Shown: piece by piece, positions 28,202 through 37,534 of the stretch | Layout of the letters: every line of letters starts with the position of its first letter | How positions within the stretch are numbered: position 1 is the stretch's first letter | Virus record (IMG/VR): IMGVR_UViG_3300009163_000026 | Span: 1 to 64,000 of that record | DNA: 64,000 bases | Direction: 5' to 3' (one strand) | Source: a virus | Notes under the pieces: generated by a model | The model's database searches: none | Seen by the model: only the letters and a program-made list of their open reading frames with translations | What the model was told of the DNA's origin: nothing | Made by a program: the position numbers and the translations under genes

Positions 28202-28540
28202 TTATAGCTTTAGGGATTGCAGATATTTAAATAGTAGACTTGACAGTATGGGTGCTAGATCTAGAGAGAGGGCCGTGTTTATTTGAGTTTGATAAGCAGG
28301 AATATCAAAGATTTCTGTTTTAATAGCAGAATAATTAAAGAATTTATTATCCTCTGGTACCATATATATATCACCGTACATAGAACCGAGGAACCAAACA
28401 CCATCTTTAGCCTCCTTAAATCCTTTAAGTACAAGGTTAGCCGGGTAGTTCACTCCTGCAAAGTTGCTTCCGTGTCTGATATATAATGTTTGATCATAAT
28501 CCATCATTCCTTTATGTTTAAAATATGATTTGTATCTCAT
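28202..28540 (-). CDS. MRY-family paralog
   Basis: MRYK; VPEDNKFFN; close paralog of next gene. Confidence 0.78.
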   Translation of the reverse strand: MRYKSYFKHKGMMDYDQTLYIRHGSNFAGVNYPANLVLKGFKEAKDGVWFLGSMYGDIYMVPEDNKFFNYSAIKTEIFDIPAYQTQINTALSLDLAPILSSLLFKYLQSLKL

Positions 28541-28545
28541 TGTTA

Positions 28546-28884
28546 TTAGAGCTTTAAGGAGAAGAAATATTTAAGTATTAAATTTGACACTCTACCAGAT
28601 ACATCAAACCCAAAGACCGCGTTTAGTTCAGTTCGATAAACAGAATAATCAAAGATTTCTTTTTTAAGAGGGTAAAAATTAAAGAATTCATTATCCTCTG
28701 GTACCAGATATGTATCACCGTACTGAGAACCGATGAACCAAACACCATCTTTAGCCTCCTTAGCTCTTTTAAGTCCAATGTTATTTGGGTTCTCCACGTC
28801 TACAAAGCTGTTTCCGTGTCTGATATATAATATCGAACCACAACTTATCGTTCTCCCCTCCACAAAATACGGTTTATATCTCAT
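28546..28884 (-). CDS. MRY-family paralog
   Basis: MRYK; VPEDNEFFN. Confidence 0.78.
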   Translation of the reverse strand: MRYKPYFVEGRTISCGSILYIRHGNSFVDVENPNNIGLKRAKEAKDGVWFIGSQYGDTYLVPEDNEFFNFYPLKKEIFDYSVYRTELNAVFGFDVSGRVSNLILKYFFSLKL

Positions 28885-29828
28885 CTTTTGGTTAAGTTTG
28901 AATTATCTGGCAAAAACTTGCCTTTGAGTTCTAAGCGTTCTTGGTTATCGATCCAATATTGCTGAAGGTCCTCAGGAATGTCGGCTCGGGTACTATCGAG
29001 GATTTTTAAGTATATATCATATACAGCGTGTAGGTCTCGGGCTGGTAAGCTATTCTTAAGCGCTCCAATTAGTTTAAAATAATCACCAGCTGTATCCGTG
29101 GTTAAATCTAAACCATATAGTCTATTAAGGAGACTTATAGCCTGGGGAGGACTCGATGCCGCAATCTCTTGAGTTGCCTTATTTTTGATTCCATAGTTGT
29201 GGGAGAATGTATATCCTTTGTGAGAGAAAAGAGCTACAATAAGCTGGGTTCTGTGTAACCCTTTAATACTTCCTTTATAAACTGCCGAGTGGTAGGCAAA
29301 CGATAACCAATCTATATCACCTACATTGATATCAATCTGAACATTCTGCCCTACTTCCCTACCCTGTTCATCATATTGAGGAAACTGACAGAAGAGAGAA
29401 CCAGAGGAAGAACCTTTAATGTCTACTAAAATCTGCTTATCAGAGGCTTGGAGTTTTTCTGCAATTGCTACAATAACTGCTCGCTTAAGAAGCTGGGTAT
29501 CTACAGCGGTCTTTGAGCGTTTCTTAAAACCAACAAAGAGGTCTTGAACTCTGTTATCATCTAATCCCCAATCAGAAATATCTTTGAAAGAGTCCTCTGA
29601 TAGAGCAAGATCTATGTCTCCTGAGTAGTCTTTTTTACCGACAGATCCAAGTGTGCGCACACCTTTAAAGTGTGGGTGTGCTTTAGGAAACACACCTCCA
29701 AACTGCTTAAAGAATTCTCGAAGAGTTGGATTTATATGCTCCTTTTTAATCGGACCAGTCTCATCAAAAACATTACCCCCCTCTGTGAGAATTTGTCTTG
29801 TAGTAAAGAACCTAGCAAACGATATCAT
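28881..29828 (-). CDS. Pol-beta-superfamily nucleotidyltransferase with CTS-like leader
   Basis: LGSVGKKDYSGDIDL (GS..DxD) and VQIDI; MISFARFF..ILTE|GG; TATAAATA upstream. Confidence 0.7.
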   Translation of the reverse strand: MISFARFFTTRQILTEGGNVFDETGPIKKEHINPTLREFFKQFGGVFPKAHPHFKGVRTLGSVGKKDYSGDIDLALSEDSFKDISDWGLDDNRVQDLFVGFKKRSKTAVDTQLLKRAVIVAIAEKLQASDKQILVDIKGSSSGSLFCQFPQYDEQGREVGQNVQIDINVGDIDWLSFAYHSAVYKGSIKGLHRTQLIVALFSHKGYTFSHNYGIKNKATQEIAASSPPQAISLLNRLYGLDLTTDTAGDYFKLIGALKNSLPARDLHAVYDIYLKILDSTRADIPEDLQQYWIDNQERLELKGKFLPDNSNLTKR

Positions 29829-29891
29829 ATACAAGTGTATTTATAGGAGACCCATTATAAAGAGCTCGAGAATTTTGGCAAAAAAAATTTT

Positions 29892-30239
29892 TTAGGGCTT
29901 AAAATTGTCAATTGCTAGTTGCTGTATCTCACGGGTCCGGTGTATGACATGATTAGGATACATTTCATCGTTTGCTCTGATAAGACGATCTATATTAAAA
30001 AATGGGTTACTCTCTGGTACCATATAGACAGCACCATTTGAACGGCGTTCGCTAGGGACCCATATACCATTTTTAATCTCCGTACAATTAATAAGATTAA
30101 TACCCCATCTATAAGCCGGCTGATCGCTTTGCGGGTAGTGGAAGTTGTTACCCTGTTTTATAAACACCTCCCCACACCCCGCAAGCTCCGTCTGGTGAGT
30201 TATCTGTTCAACTTGAATTAAATATGCTTTGTATCTCAT
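29892..30239 (-). CDS. MRY-family paralog
   Basis: MRYK; VPESNPFFN. Confidence 0.75.
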   Translation of the reverse strand: MRYKAYLIQVEQITHQTELAGCGEVFIKQGNNFHYPQSDQPAYRWGINLINCTEIKNGIWVPSERRSNGAVYMVPESNPFFNIDRLIRANDEMYPNHVIHRTREIQQLAIDNFKP

Positions 30240-30248
30240 TATTACAAT

Positions 30249-30605
30249 TTAAGACTTTAAGGATTTGAGATATTTAATTACAAGAACCTTTACTCTAACC
30301 TGTAGATAAATAGGATCTGCATCCAATCCATTTATAATAACACCTGTAGTAAAAAATTGGTGGCTCTCTGGTAAAATAAAGATATCACCTACTTCATGTT
30401 TGAGGAAATAGACACCATCGTTAAGCTCTTCACAATTCTTAAGGTTACTCATGACAACGTTGCTTGTTTTATAATCAAAATGATCTCTATTGCTAATACC
30501 AGCGAGCTCCTTCATATCTACAAAGTCATTACCTTGTCTAGCTAACACCAACCCACCAGGATATAATGACCTGTACCCCTGTATAATGCATGCTTTGTAT
30601 CTCAT
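30249..30605 (-). CDS. MRY-family paralog
   Basis: MRYK; LPESHQFF. Confidence 0.75.
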   Translation of the reverse strand: MRYKACIIQGYRSLYPGGLVLARQGNDFVDMKELAGISNRDHFDYKTSNVVMSNLKNCEELNDGVYFLKHEVGDIFILPESHQFFTTGVIINGLDADPIYLQVRVKVLVIKYLKSLKS

Positions 30606-30614
30606 TATTAGTAT

Positions 30615-31022
30615 TTAAGACTTTATGGATTCGAGATACTTTATTGCTAAATTTCTTATTATATCTTTAGTGAGCAGCGTTTCGTCGATGTCCCGTAATT
30701 CATCCAACCCAACTAGAATAAGATCTACATTAAAGAAAGGATGAGTCTCTGGTATACAAAAGATAGCTGTTTCCCGTGCTCGGCCCGCTAAGCCCCTAGT
30801 TCCAGCAATCTCCTCTGCTGACGGAGGGTCAGCATGCATCCAGATACCATCTTCAACTTCGTGTAGATCTTCAAGCATCATACTACCTGAGGACCCCCAT
30901 TCAGTCCGAGAATTATTTACGAAGTTATTACCATTCCTAAACAGCATTGGCTCGTACCCTAATCTAAATCTAACGGTTCCGGTGCGCAAAAATGTCTCTA
31001 TAAGGTATCCTTTGTATCTCAT
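30615..31022 (-). CDS. MRY-family paralog (start corrected)
   Basis: MRYKG at 31022; IPETHPFFN; TATAAATA upstream. Confidence 0.75.
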   Translation of the reverse strand: MRYKGYLIETFLRTGTVRFRLGYEPMLFRNGNNFVNNSRTEWGSSGSMMLEDLHEVEDGIWMHADPPSAEEIAGTRGLAGRARETAIFCIPETHPFFNVDLILVGLDELRDIDETLLTKDIIRNLAIKYLESIKS

Positions 31023-31156
31023 CTTTGTGTGTGTATATTTATACAAAGCCCTATATAGAGACCACGAGAATTTTGACAAAAATTTTTGGACATGGGCTCA
31101 AACCCCGCCCTCCGGCGTCGCTATTATACACAATTCGGAGCGCTGGAGGCTCCATA

Positions 31157-31192
31157 GAGCGTCTCTCTCCAGCACCATAGAGAGAGACGCTC
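31157..31192. other. 13-bp perfect hairpin
   Basis: gagcgtctctctc / gagagagacgctc with 10-nt loop, downstream of 31204..31599. Confidence 0.7.
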
Positions 31193-31203
31193 GCCCTCGG
31201 CGA

Positions 31204-31599
31204 TCACTTCGTACCATCAATCACTAGGCAGCCCATATCATCATCGTCCTCCCCCACAAAGGTTTCCGGTTCTTCTTTACCTTCAAACACTACTACCTTC
31301 TTTACTGGCTTAGGCTTAGCTTCTTTCTTCACGGCTGTCTTCTTTACCTTAGCCTTAGCTGCAGCTGGTAACGCCTCAACGATCTCACCGCGAGTAATCT
31401 TACCTACCTCCTTGAGGTGCTCAGCTACCATCTTGAGCTCTACTACCTCTTGGCGTAGATCATCAGTGTACTTCATTGCGACGTTCCACAGAGCTTGCAT
31501 CAACTGCTTATCAGTCGTCATCAGGTCTTGACGCACATAGGTAAACTCAGAGCGGACTTGTTCAGGTGCAACGATAGTAACGAATTTGCTTTTAGTCAT
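31204..31599 (-). CDS. Hypothetical protein with Lys/Ala-rich tail
   Basis: 131 aa; GGAAC-N5-TATAAT promoter at 31639-31658. Confidence 0.7.
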   Translation of the reverse strand: MTKSKFVTIVAPEQVRSEFTYVRQDLMTTDKQLMQALWNVAMKYTDDLRQEVVELKMVAEHLKEVGKITRGEIVEALPAAAKAKVKKTAVKKEAKPKPVKKVVVFEGKEEPETFVGEDDDDMGCLVIDGTK

Positions 31600-31657
31600 T
31601 TGATTAATTTGGTTTTAAGTTTAGCTTCTCTCTTCGCCTTATTATACGGCAGTTCCC

Positions 31658-31783
31658 TTACAAGAGCTCATCAAGCCCAGCAATGAAGTTCTCCCAAGTC
31701 TCTTGCTCTTCGTCAGAGAACGAGTCCCAGTTTTGGTTGATTGCAGCGATGATGGCTTTGATTTGATCGATTGATTGTTTCAT
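31658..31783 (-). CDS. 41-aa cassette ORF (MKQSIDQ; not in track)
   Basis: Lies between two GGAAC promoters; ends TAA-GGGAAC. Confidence 0.6.
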   Translation of the reverse strand: MKQSIDQIKAIIAAINQNWDSFSDEEQETWENFIAGLDELL

Positions 31784-31789
31784 TACGCC

Positions 31790-31809
31790 TTATTATAATA
31801 GAGTTCCCT
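31790..31809 (-). promoter_or_regulatory. GGAAC-N5-TATAAT promoter (representative of ~28 copies)
   Basis: TAAgGGAACtctatTATAATaa. Confidence 0.8.
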
Positions 31810-32033
31810 TAGCGGCGTTTGCTGACAACATAATGCCAGACTTCTTTTTCAGTAACAGGATCGTAACTTTCGCAATCCTTTCCACATTCCAAATCACCTT
31901 TCAGGTAGCAGACATATTGTCCGGATTGGGAGAAGTGCCAAGGCATATGCCATCCCTTTTCAACTTCATACTTTGCCTTCACATCTTTAAAGGTCTTAAA
32001 AATCTCTTCAGTGTGTTGATTAATTTCGGTCAT
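31809..32033 (-). CDS. Hypothetical cassette gene
   Basis: Bounded by GGAAC motifs. Confidence 0.6.
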   Translation of the reverse strand: MTEINQHTEEIFKTFKDVKAKYEVEKGWHMPWHFSQSGQYVCYLKGDLECGKDCESYDPVTEKEVWHYVVSKRR

Positions 32034-32284
32034 ATCTTATTATAATAGAGTTCCCTTCGGCCAGTTACATCAGCAGCGGCATCAAGAATGAATTCAACGA
32101 TGCTATAGCCGTCGAATCCGGTTTTGTAAGGCGCGCGCTTTAAAAGGTCGTTGTCGTAAGTATCAACTGCAGCCTTGTAAGCATCAAGAGCAGACTCAGC
32201 CGCTTCCTTGGTGCTGTATGCACCTATTGCTTGTCCTCCCTCGTAATCAACGAGGCCTTCTAGTATGAATATTGATTGTTTCAT
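32030..32284 (-). CDS. Hypothetical protein
   Basis: GAYSTKEAAE motif common in small phage proteins. Confidence 0.6.
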   Translation of the reverse strand: MKQSIFILEGLVDYEGGQAIGAYSTKEAAESALDAYKAAVDTYDNDLLKRAPYKTGFDGYSIVEFILDAAADVTGRRELYYNKI

Positions 32285-32310
32285 TACCGTTAGTGTATTA
32301 GATGTCCATA

Positions 32311-32538
32311 TTAGGCATACATCACAGACTCATCAATGATGGCATAGAGTTCTTCCATGGCTGCTTGCTGCGAGCCATAGTCAGAGATGGTAACCTCCCA
32401 GCGGTCTCTGAGGAATGAGTTGTTGGTATATGTTCCGGTGACGAGCTTATCGCCTTCACGACGTACCTCAGTGTAGAGATAATCTCCATTTTCTAGCTTG
32501 ATCTCTATCGGCCCGATACTATAATTAGTTAATGACAT
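32311..32538 (-). CDS. Hypothetical cassette gene
   Basis: GGAAC promoter 32544-32562. Confidence 0.6.
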   Translation of the reverse strand: MSLTNYSIGPIEIKLENGDYLYTEVRREGDKLVTGTYTNNSFLRDRWEVTISDYGSQQAAMEELYAIIDESVMYA

Positions 32539-32561
32539 ATCAGTATTATACCTAAGTTCCC

Positions 32562-32879
32562 TTACGCGGAGAAGACCATCTCTGCCTGCTCTTCCTGCTC
32601 AGTGGGGAGCTCTAGATCGTAGAAGAAGACCATCTCTTCCTGCTCAGTGGGACATCCTCGAGGTGTTTGGCTGAGGGGCAAGCATGGGCATGCCTTCTCT
32701 CCATCAGACCAGCCCCAGGAGTAGAGCTCTTCCACTAGCTCTCCAATTGGTCTAGCGGTGTATACTCCTTCAAAGAAATAGACGCCGAACACTGTCTTAC
32801 AGATGTTCAGGGGCAGACCACCAGTGATGTCCTTATACCAGCCCATACGCAGGGCTAAGCGATGTAGTGCAGTCTTCAT
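32562..32879 (-). CDS. Hypothetical cassette gene with duplicated C-terminal PTEQEE..MVF
   Basis: Promoter 32895-32914; start MKTAL. Confidence 0.55.
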   Translation of the reverse strand: MKTALHRLALRMGWYKDITGGLPLNICKTVFGVYFFEGVYTARPIGELVEELYSWGWSDGEKACPCLPLSQTPRGCPTEQEEMVFFYDLELPTEQEEQAEMVFSA

Positions 32880-32946
32880 TAGTCGTGGATATTTATATTG
32901 TATTAGAGTTCCCTTAGCGCCGCTCTTTAACGACATAATCTGTACG

Positions 32947-33222
32947 TTAAAGTTGTTTTGGTAATATCAATTTAGGAAGATCAATTCCATCAATACTTTT
33001 CAAACTTCCAATAACTAACCAAAAAGCTCCTTCATCGTAAACAGCCATTAAGATATTAGGAACCATTATTTCTAATCTATAAAAAATATGAGAAGTTGTA
33101 TCTTCAAAGAACTTTTTAATGTATGGATGATTAACTAATTCTTCTTGTGTTTCAAATAGAAATGGATCTGGTTCTTCGTCCATTTCGATGAAGTCTGGAA
33201 TATATGGCATGAATTTATTCAT
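32947..33222 (-). CDS. Hypothetical cassette gene
   Basis: Promoter 33227-33245. Confidence 0.6.
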   Translation of the reverse strand: MNKFMPYIPDFIEMDEEPDPFLFETQEELVNHPYIKKFFEDTTSHIFYRLEIMVPNILMAVYDEGAFWLVIGSLKSIDGIDLPKLILPKQL

Positions 33223-33455
33223 ACCTGATGATATCAGAGTTCCCTTAGCGGCTCTCCATCAGCCAGTCGACTGGGCTGCGGCTAACAGAGAGCGCCCAGT
33301 GGTCTGCGAATCGCGCAGCATAGACTAGGCGCTCTTCTGCTGTCAGAAGTTCCGATAAGGCTTTATTGGACGGGCATGCGGCGATCTTCTCATTGACCGA
33401 GCGCTTGAGTTTCTCTTTAGTTTTCCAATGCATGCCTGATGGTATCGGAGTTCCC

Positions 33456-33803
33456 TTAACCCTCGAACTCTGTCCACCAGATAGTATCGACGATGAGATC
33501 AAGCTGCATTCCGAACAGCTCACCTATCATATCAAGCGACTCATCATATGAGATATCCGCGGCATCATCACCGTATTTCTCATCGATGAACGCATCCCAA
33601 GCATCTACGCTGATGGCACCCTTCTGCCTTAGTGTGTTATAGACTCCTTCTTCTACGCTGCCAGGCTCAGGCACATAAGCACCGCCGCTATCGTCTTTAA
33701 ACTGACCCTTGAATGAGTATTCGTTCAGCAGATGATTCACGGTCTTATCGTATTCTTCTTGAATCTTAGAGTGGGATTGAGTTGATTTCTTCATGTGTGT
33801 CAC
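33456..33803 (-). CDS. Acidic hypothetical cassette gene
   Basis: Promoter 33806-33824; ends TAA-GGGAAC. Confidence 0.6.
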   Translation of the reverse strand: MTHMKKSTQSHSKIQEEYDKTVNHLLNEYSFKGQFKDDSGGAYVPEPGSVEEGVYNTLRQKGAISVDAWDAFIDEKYGDDAADISYDESLDMIGELFGMQLDLIVDTIWWTEFEG

Positions 33804-33832
33804 TATATTTATATCAGAGTTCCCTAATGAGG

Positions 33833-34074
33833 AAACCAGTTTCCGCCTAGGCGTAGGAGTTTGGAGCTATAGGGAACACCGGGATAATGGGTCTCAGAAG
33901 TTCTGAGTGGCCGAGCTGGGAAAACCAGTTTCTGCCTGGGCGTCGGAGCGCAGAACCACAGAATACGGGGTATATTAGTATTTCAGGCCTATGCAGCATA
34001 AGCTCTAACTACTATATATCTATATAGACAGTGGTATTAGATAACTTTTTTTATTAGATAACTTTTTTTATTAG
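33833..34074. repeat. Non-coding block: 27-nt direct repeats and 17-nt AT-rich tandem repeat
   Basis: aaaccagtttcYgcctRggcgtMggag at 33833 and 33922; attagataacttttttt x2 at 34036. Confidence 0.8.
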
Positions 34075-34174
34075 TGTTACTTAACAGGTGACTTTTACCC
34101 TTTTTATGATAATATTTTAAGTATTTTTTTACTTTTTTAAATACCTCTGGGCAAGATAAGTCTCATATCTTATC

Positions 34175-35368
34175 TTATTTAACGCCTAGTGTCATAAACC
34201 TCGATAAAGCAGACATCTTTCCTACCGGATAAGACTTATTACCCAATCCGTCGGATCTTAATACCATGCACTTTTCAATTGTTTCTTTACCTTCGTCGAA
34301 ATCAAAATCTACATTAATTTGCCAGATCCTATCAGGGTTGTCAGGGTGATCCCTATCCACTTTATAATAGTATGTACCACTGATACCATTATCATGGAAG
34401 GTTTTGAGTATGCAGTATGTAGGACTATAAGGATTTTCTGATTTAAGTGTAAAGTTATTAACAATCTCTTTACTACGAAAAACTCCTTCCTCATCGTCTT
34501 CTACCTCACCCTCTACAAGTGAATAGTTATCATTTATGTTACGCGGAGGTGTAGCTTTAAGGTCTGATATCTTCTCTCGGTCTTTTTCGCTAAGATATTT
34601 TTCAAACTCACTACCCATAATATGGTCTACTATTATTTTATTAAGGACAGCTACTCTACATCCAATACTCACATCCTCTTCATCCATATATTGTTCACCA
34701 GCGTAGTGAAGCTGATACTTAATACTGGGGTCTTTTTTGCTTATAAAAATTATTAATTGTCCTGATTTGGAATAATGTTCATAATAATTTAATCCTGGTG
34801 CAGCTGTACACCAGTCAGTATCCTTACCGAGTGAGCAGGCAGCACCTTTTGTTTGAGGAAAATACACCTGCCAAATATCGTTTTCATATACAAGAAGTTG
34901 TCCTTCACCTTTTGTGGATCTTTCTATTTTTTGAGAGTTATACTGCTGGTAAGGACCTTCTGCCTCGATTAAATCTACAACAAATTCTTCAAAAGTCTTA
35001 TATCTTTCAATAGCACTATACTTTAAAAACTTATCCGCAAGATTTTGTTGTTTTATTTGATAGAATAATTCTAGATATTTCCTTAACTCCATGTGATAGT
35101 TCGATAAGAGTGTCGCACCACCTGCTCTTATTATGTATTGCTTATTCTGCTTCTCGTTTTTAATAGAACTTATAAGCCAGTTTAGAGCATTAGCCTTGTC
35201 TTTTTCTCTAATATCATTAGGGATAATGCTCATTATTATATTCTTTACCGCTAGATATTCTATATCTGTGAATATTCCTTTAAACTTTTCACTATCCATT
35301 AACTTTGTTACTTCATCAAAAGAAAGTTCTAAAAGTAAAACCTTATATGTTTCATAAAATGTCTTCAT
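34175..35368 (-). CDS. Large-phage WCT-motif protein with CTS-like leader
   Basis: Start MKTFYETYKVLLLE; ACSLGKDTDWCTA...YY..Y...KYQLH. Confidence 0.65.
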   Translation of the reverse strand: MKTFYETYKVLLLELSFDEVTKLMDSEKFKGIFTDIEYLAVKNIIMSIIPNDIREKDKANALNWLISSIKNEKQNKQYIIRAGGATLLSNYHMELRKYLELFYQIKQQNLADKFLKYSAIERYKTFEEFVVDLIEAEGPYQQYNSQKIERSTKGEGQLLVYENDIWQVYFPQTKGAACSLGKDTDWCTAAPGLNYYEHYSKSGQLIIFISKKDPSIKYQLHYAGEQYMDEEDVSIGCRVAVLNKIIVDHIMGSEFEKYLSEKDREKISDLKATPPRNINDNYSLVEGEVEDDEEGVFRSKEIVNNFTLKSENPYSPTYCILKTFHDNGISGTYYYKVDRDHPDNPDRIWQINVDFDFDEGKETIEKCMVLRSDGLGNKSYPVGKMSALSRFMTLGVK

Positions 35369-35390
35369 ATTATTTGTATTCATCTTTCTT

Positions 35391-35741
35391 TTATAATGTT
35401 TTGCGTATGCTATCGTATAAATCATATAGTATCTCTGATACACGGTAACCTCCTTCAATATGACCTTCAGATACTCTACATCTTTTTATGAACATACCCG
35501 CATTGAAGTACTGGTGTGTCTCTGGTATAAGTAGTTTATCAACTATTGGGCGGTCATTAAGTCCTGGTACTATCATAGAATAAAATCTTATGCCATTCTC
35601 TTCTATCTTTCTCAGTTCAAACAATGAAAGGTCGCCGCCGTGTGTTAGCTCTATATCATCTCCATCGCTTATGCCTATTTCATATACTAGTGGTGTAGCT
35701 ACAAACGTCCCTGGTACAAATTTTATACTGCTGTATCTCAT
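35391..35741 (-). CDS. MRY-family paralog
   Basis: MRYS; IPETHQYFN. Confidence 0.75.
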   Translation of the reverse strand: MRYSSIKFVPGTFVATPLVYEIGISDGDDIELTHGGDLSLFELRKIEENGIRFYSMIVPGLNDRPIVDKLLIPETHQYFNAGMFIKRCRVSEGHIEGGYRVSEILYDLYDSIRKTL

Positions 35742-35746
35742 ATACT

Positions 35747-36127
35747 TTAAAATAATTCTGGTTGAGTGGTTACGCTCTTTAGATAGTTACCGAACATTCT
35801 AAAAAGAACTTTTAATATATCGCCATGAACATCGTTAATATCATTTTTGTCGTTAATTTGTGAAATTCCATACATAATAGAACCACAACCAAAGAGTGGG
35901 TTATCTTCCCGGGTAAGAACTACAAAATCATCTGAGCTACGATTACCCACATACACACTCAAGCTATCATCTGTTGTTGGTATTAGTTGGATACTGTTAA
36001 CCTGCCCTGTAATAAATGTGAATGGTAGGTCTTTTACAGCTGCTTCAAGTGAGGTATATACCCTAGATAATGGGTCGATATAACCACCTCCTGAATATTT
36101 AAAGTAACGTGTTATTGTGTATCTCAT
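35747..36127 (-). CDS. MRY-family paralog
   Basis: MRYT; TREDNPLF. Confidence 0.7.
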   Translation of the reverse strand: MRYTITRYFKYSGGGYIDPLSRVYTSLEAAVKDLPFTFITGQVNSIQLIPTTDDSLSVYVGNRSSDDFVVLTREDNPLFGCGSIMYGISQINDKNDINDVHGDILKVLFRMFGNYLKSVTTQPELF

Positions 36128-36131
36128 ATCG

Positions 36132-36500
36132 TTATTTTTTTTGTTTTGCGCGCCACTCTTTCATCACTCCTAGGTAAAGTTTATGTAGTATATCAATTAT
36201 TATATCATTAAAACTTATTGGAAGGTCATTTTCTACCTGAAGTATCACATAGCTGTTAAACAACGCGTGTGTCTCTGGGAGAAACATATGACACTCGGGC
36301 GCAACTGCAAAGGACAGTACAATGCCTTCCTTACTCACAAAGTTTACAGGAAATCGAATAATCTCTGGAATATAATCGCTATTTGTCCTCTTCTTACTAT
36401 AATAATATAGATTCATACTATCATCTTTTACTATAGATAATCCAGGTGATATATATAGATGATCCTTATTATTAGGGTATCCTATGTATGAGTATCTCAT
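36132..36500 (-). CDS. MRY-family paralog
   Basis: MRYS; LPETHALFN. Confidence 0.75.
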   Translation of the reverse strand: MRYSYIGYPNNKDHLYISPGLSIVKDDSMNLYYYSKKRTNSDYIPEIIRFPVNFVSKEGIVLSFAVAPECHMFLPETHALFNSYVILQVENDLPISFNDIIIDILHKLYLGVMKEWRAKQKK

Positions 36501-36507
36501 ATCGCTT

Positions 36508-36834
36508 TTAATTATTTAACTCTCTCACTATGCCTTCTGATGTATTCTTCAAGAACGAATCTATCTTGTACAAATTAAATCTAAGGATACACACTGCACT
36601 GAACAGTGGGTGTGACTCTGGTATAAGAAGAAATATATCATATTTCAGGTTCGTGCTTGTACTGCCCAGTAGGTATACTCCATCCTTTTGCTTAATTAAA
36701 TCCAACATCCAACTCTTTGGGTTTCCGGTAATAGCGGTGAGCTTATTATACTCTGGATTAAAGTTATAGGTATACGGGCTCGTATTATTATAGACAGAAC
36801 CTTCCTTAGCAAATGTAATAACTGTGTATCTCAT
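36508..36834 (-). CDS. MRY-family paralog
   Basis: MRYT; IPESHPLF. Confidence 0.75.
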   Translation of the reverse strand: MRYTVITFAKEGSVYNNTSPYTYNFNPEYNKLTAITGNPKSWMLDLIKQKDGVYLLGSTSTNLKYDIFLLIPESHPLFSAVCILRFNLYKIDSFLKNTSEGIVRELNN

Positions 36835-36840
36835 ATGCTT

Positions 36841-37194
36841 TTAATTTGTAGTAAACAACTCAGCGAGTTTTATTGCTTCTGGTAATAGGAACGCTCGTAC
36901 TTTCCCTCGTAAGCTATATAGATCAGTGCTATATAAGGCTGTGTAATAATTAAACAGTGGGTGTGTCTCTGGTATGACTAGATACTCATCCCTATGACTG
37001 TCTCTTCCATTAGCGACTGCAAAGCAAAAAAAGACACCAGAGACCTCGTCCGTTTTTATTAGCATCGTTGGTTGATCGGATCTGTTAAGCTCTTTAAAAG
37101 CACCATTGATTTTCTGAAACGGGCGGAACACTACCTGCGGTGAATGATTGCGCGCTGCTTCTCTTTTTGAATAGTGTATAGCTCTATATCTCAT
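36841..37194 (-). CDS. MRY-family paralog
   Basis: MRYR; IPETHPLFN. Confidence 0.75.
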   Translation of the reverse strand: MRYRAIHYSKREAARNHSPQVVFRPFQKINGAFKELNRSDQPTMLIKTDEVSGVFFCFAVANGRDSHRDEYLVIPETHPLFNYYTALYSTDLYSLRGKVRAFLLPEAIKLAELFTTN

Positions 37195-37198
37195 TTTT

Positions 37199-37534
37199 TT
37201 AAAAGGTTTTTACTAAGTTCTTAAGGACTAAATAGGTTATTTCAGGGTGGGACCACTGTCGGGGGAAGTTTGGACCTAGAGCTGCTATATACAGATTGAA
37301 TATAGGGTGTCTCTCATCTACTATAAAGCAATACTTCCCAAAAGTTCCTGGTGTCTTATATACTGTTAGACCTAGTTGACCGGTGTTAATCATTTTCATA
37401 TGCTTACCATATATTCCTTCGATGACATCAATAGCTTTCCCTCTTGTATTATAACAAAATCTATATGCGTCTGTATCGTGTGCTTCGCCTACTACTTTTG
37501 TAGTATTCTTGAGAGTGTATAAATGGTATCTCAT
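37199..37534 (-). CDS. MRY-family paralog
   Basis: MRYH; VDERHPIFN. Confidence 0.75.
   Translation of the reverse strand: MRYHLYTLKNTTKVVGEAHDTDAYRFCYNTRGKAIDVIEGIYGKHMKMINTGQLGLTVYKTPGTFGKYCFIVDERHPIFNLYIAALGPNFPRQWSHPEITYLVLKNLVKTF

Noticed and set aside
31639-33824. CRISPR array or integron attC array from the repeated gttccct motif
   Set aside because: Motif is short and degenerate, spacing is gene-sized and irregular, it contains a -10 box, and there is no cas/integrase gene or attC-like palindrome
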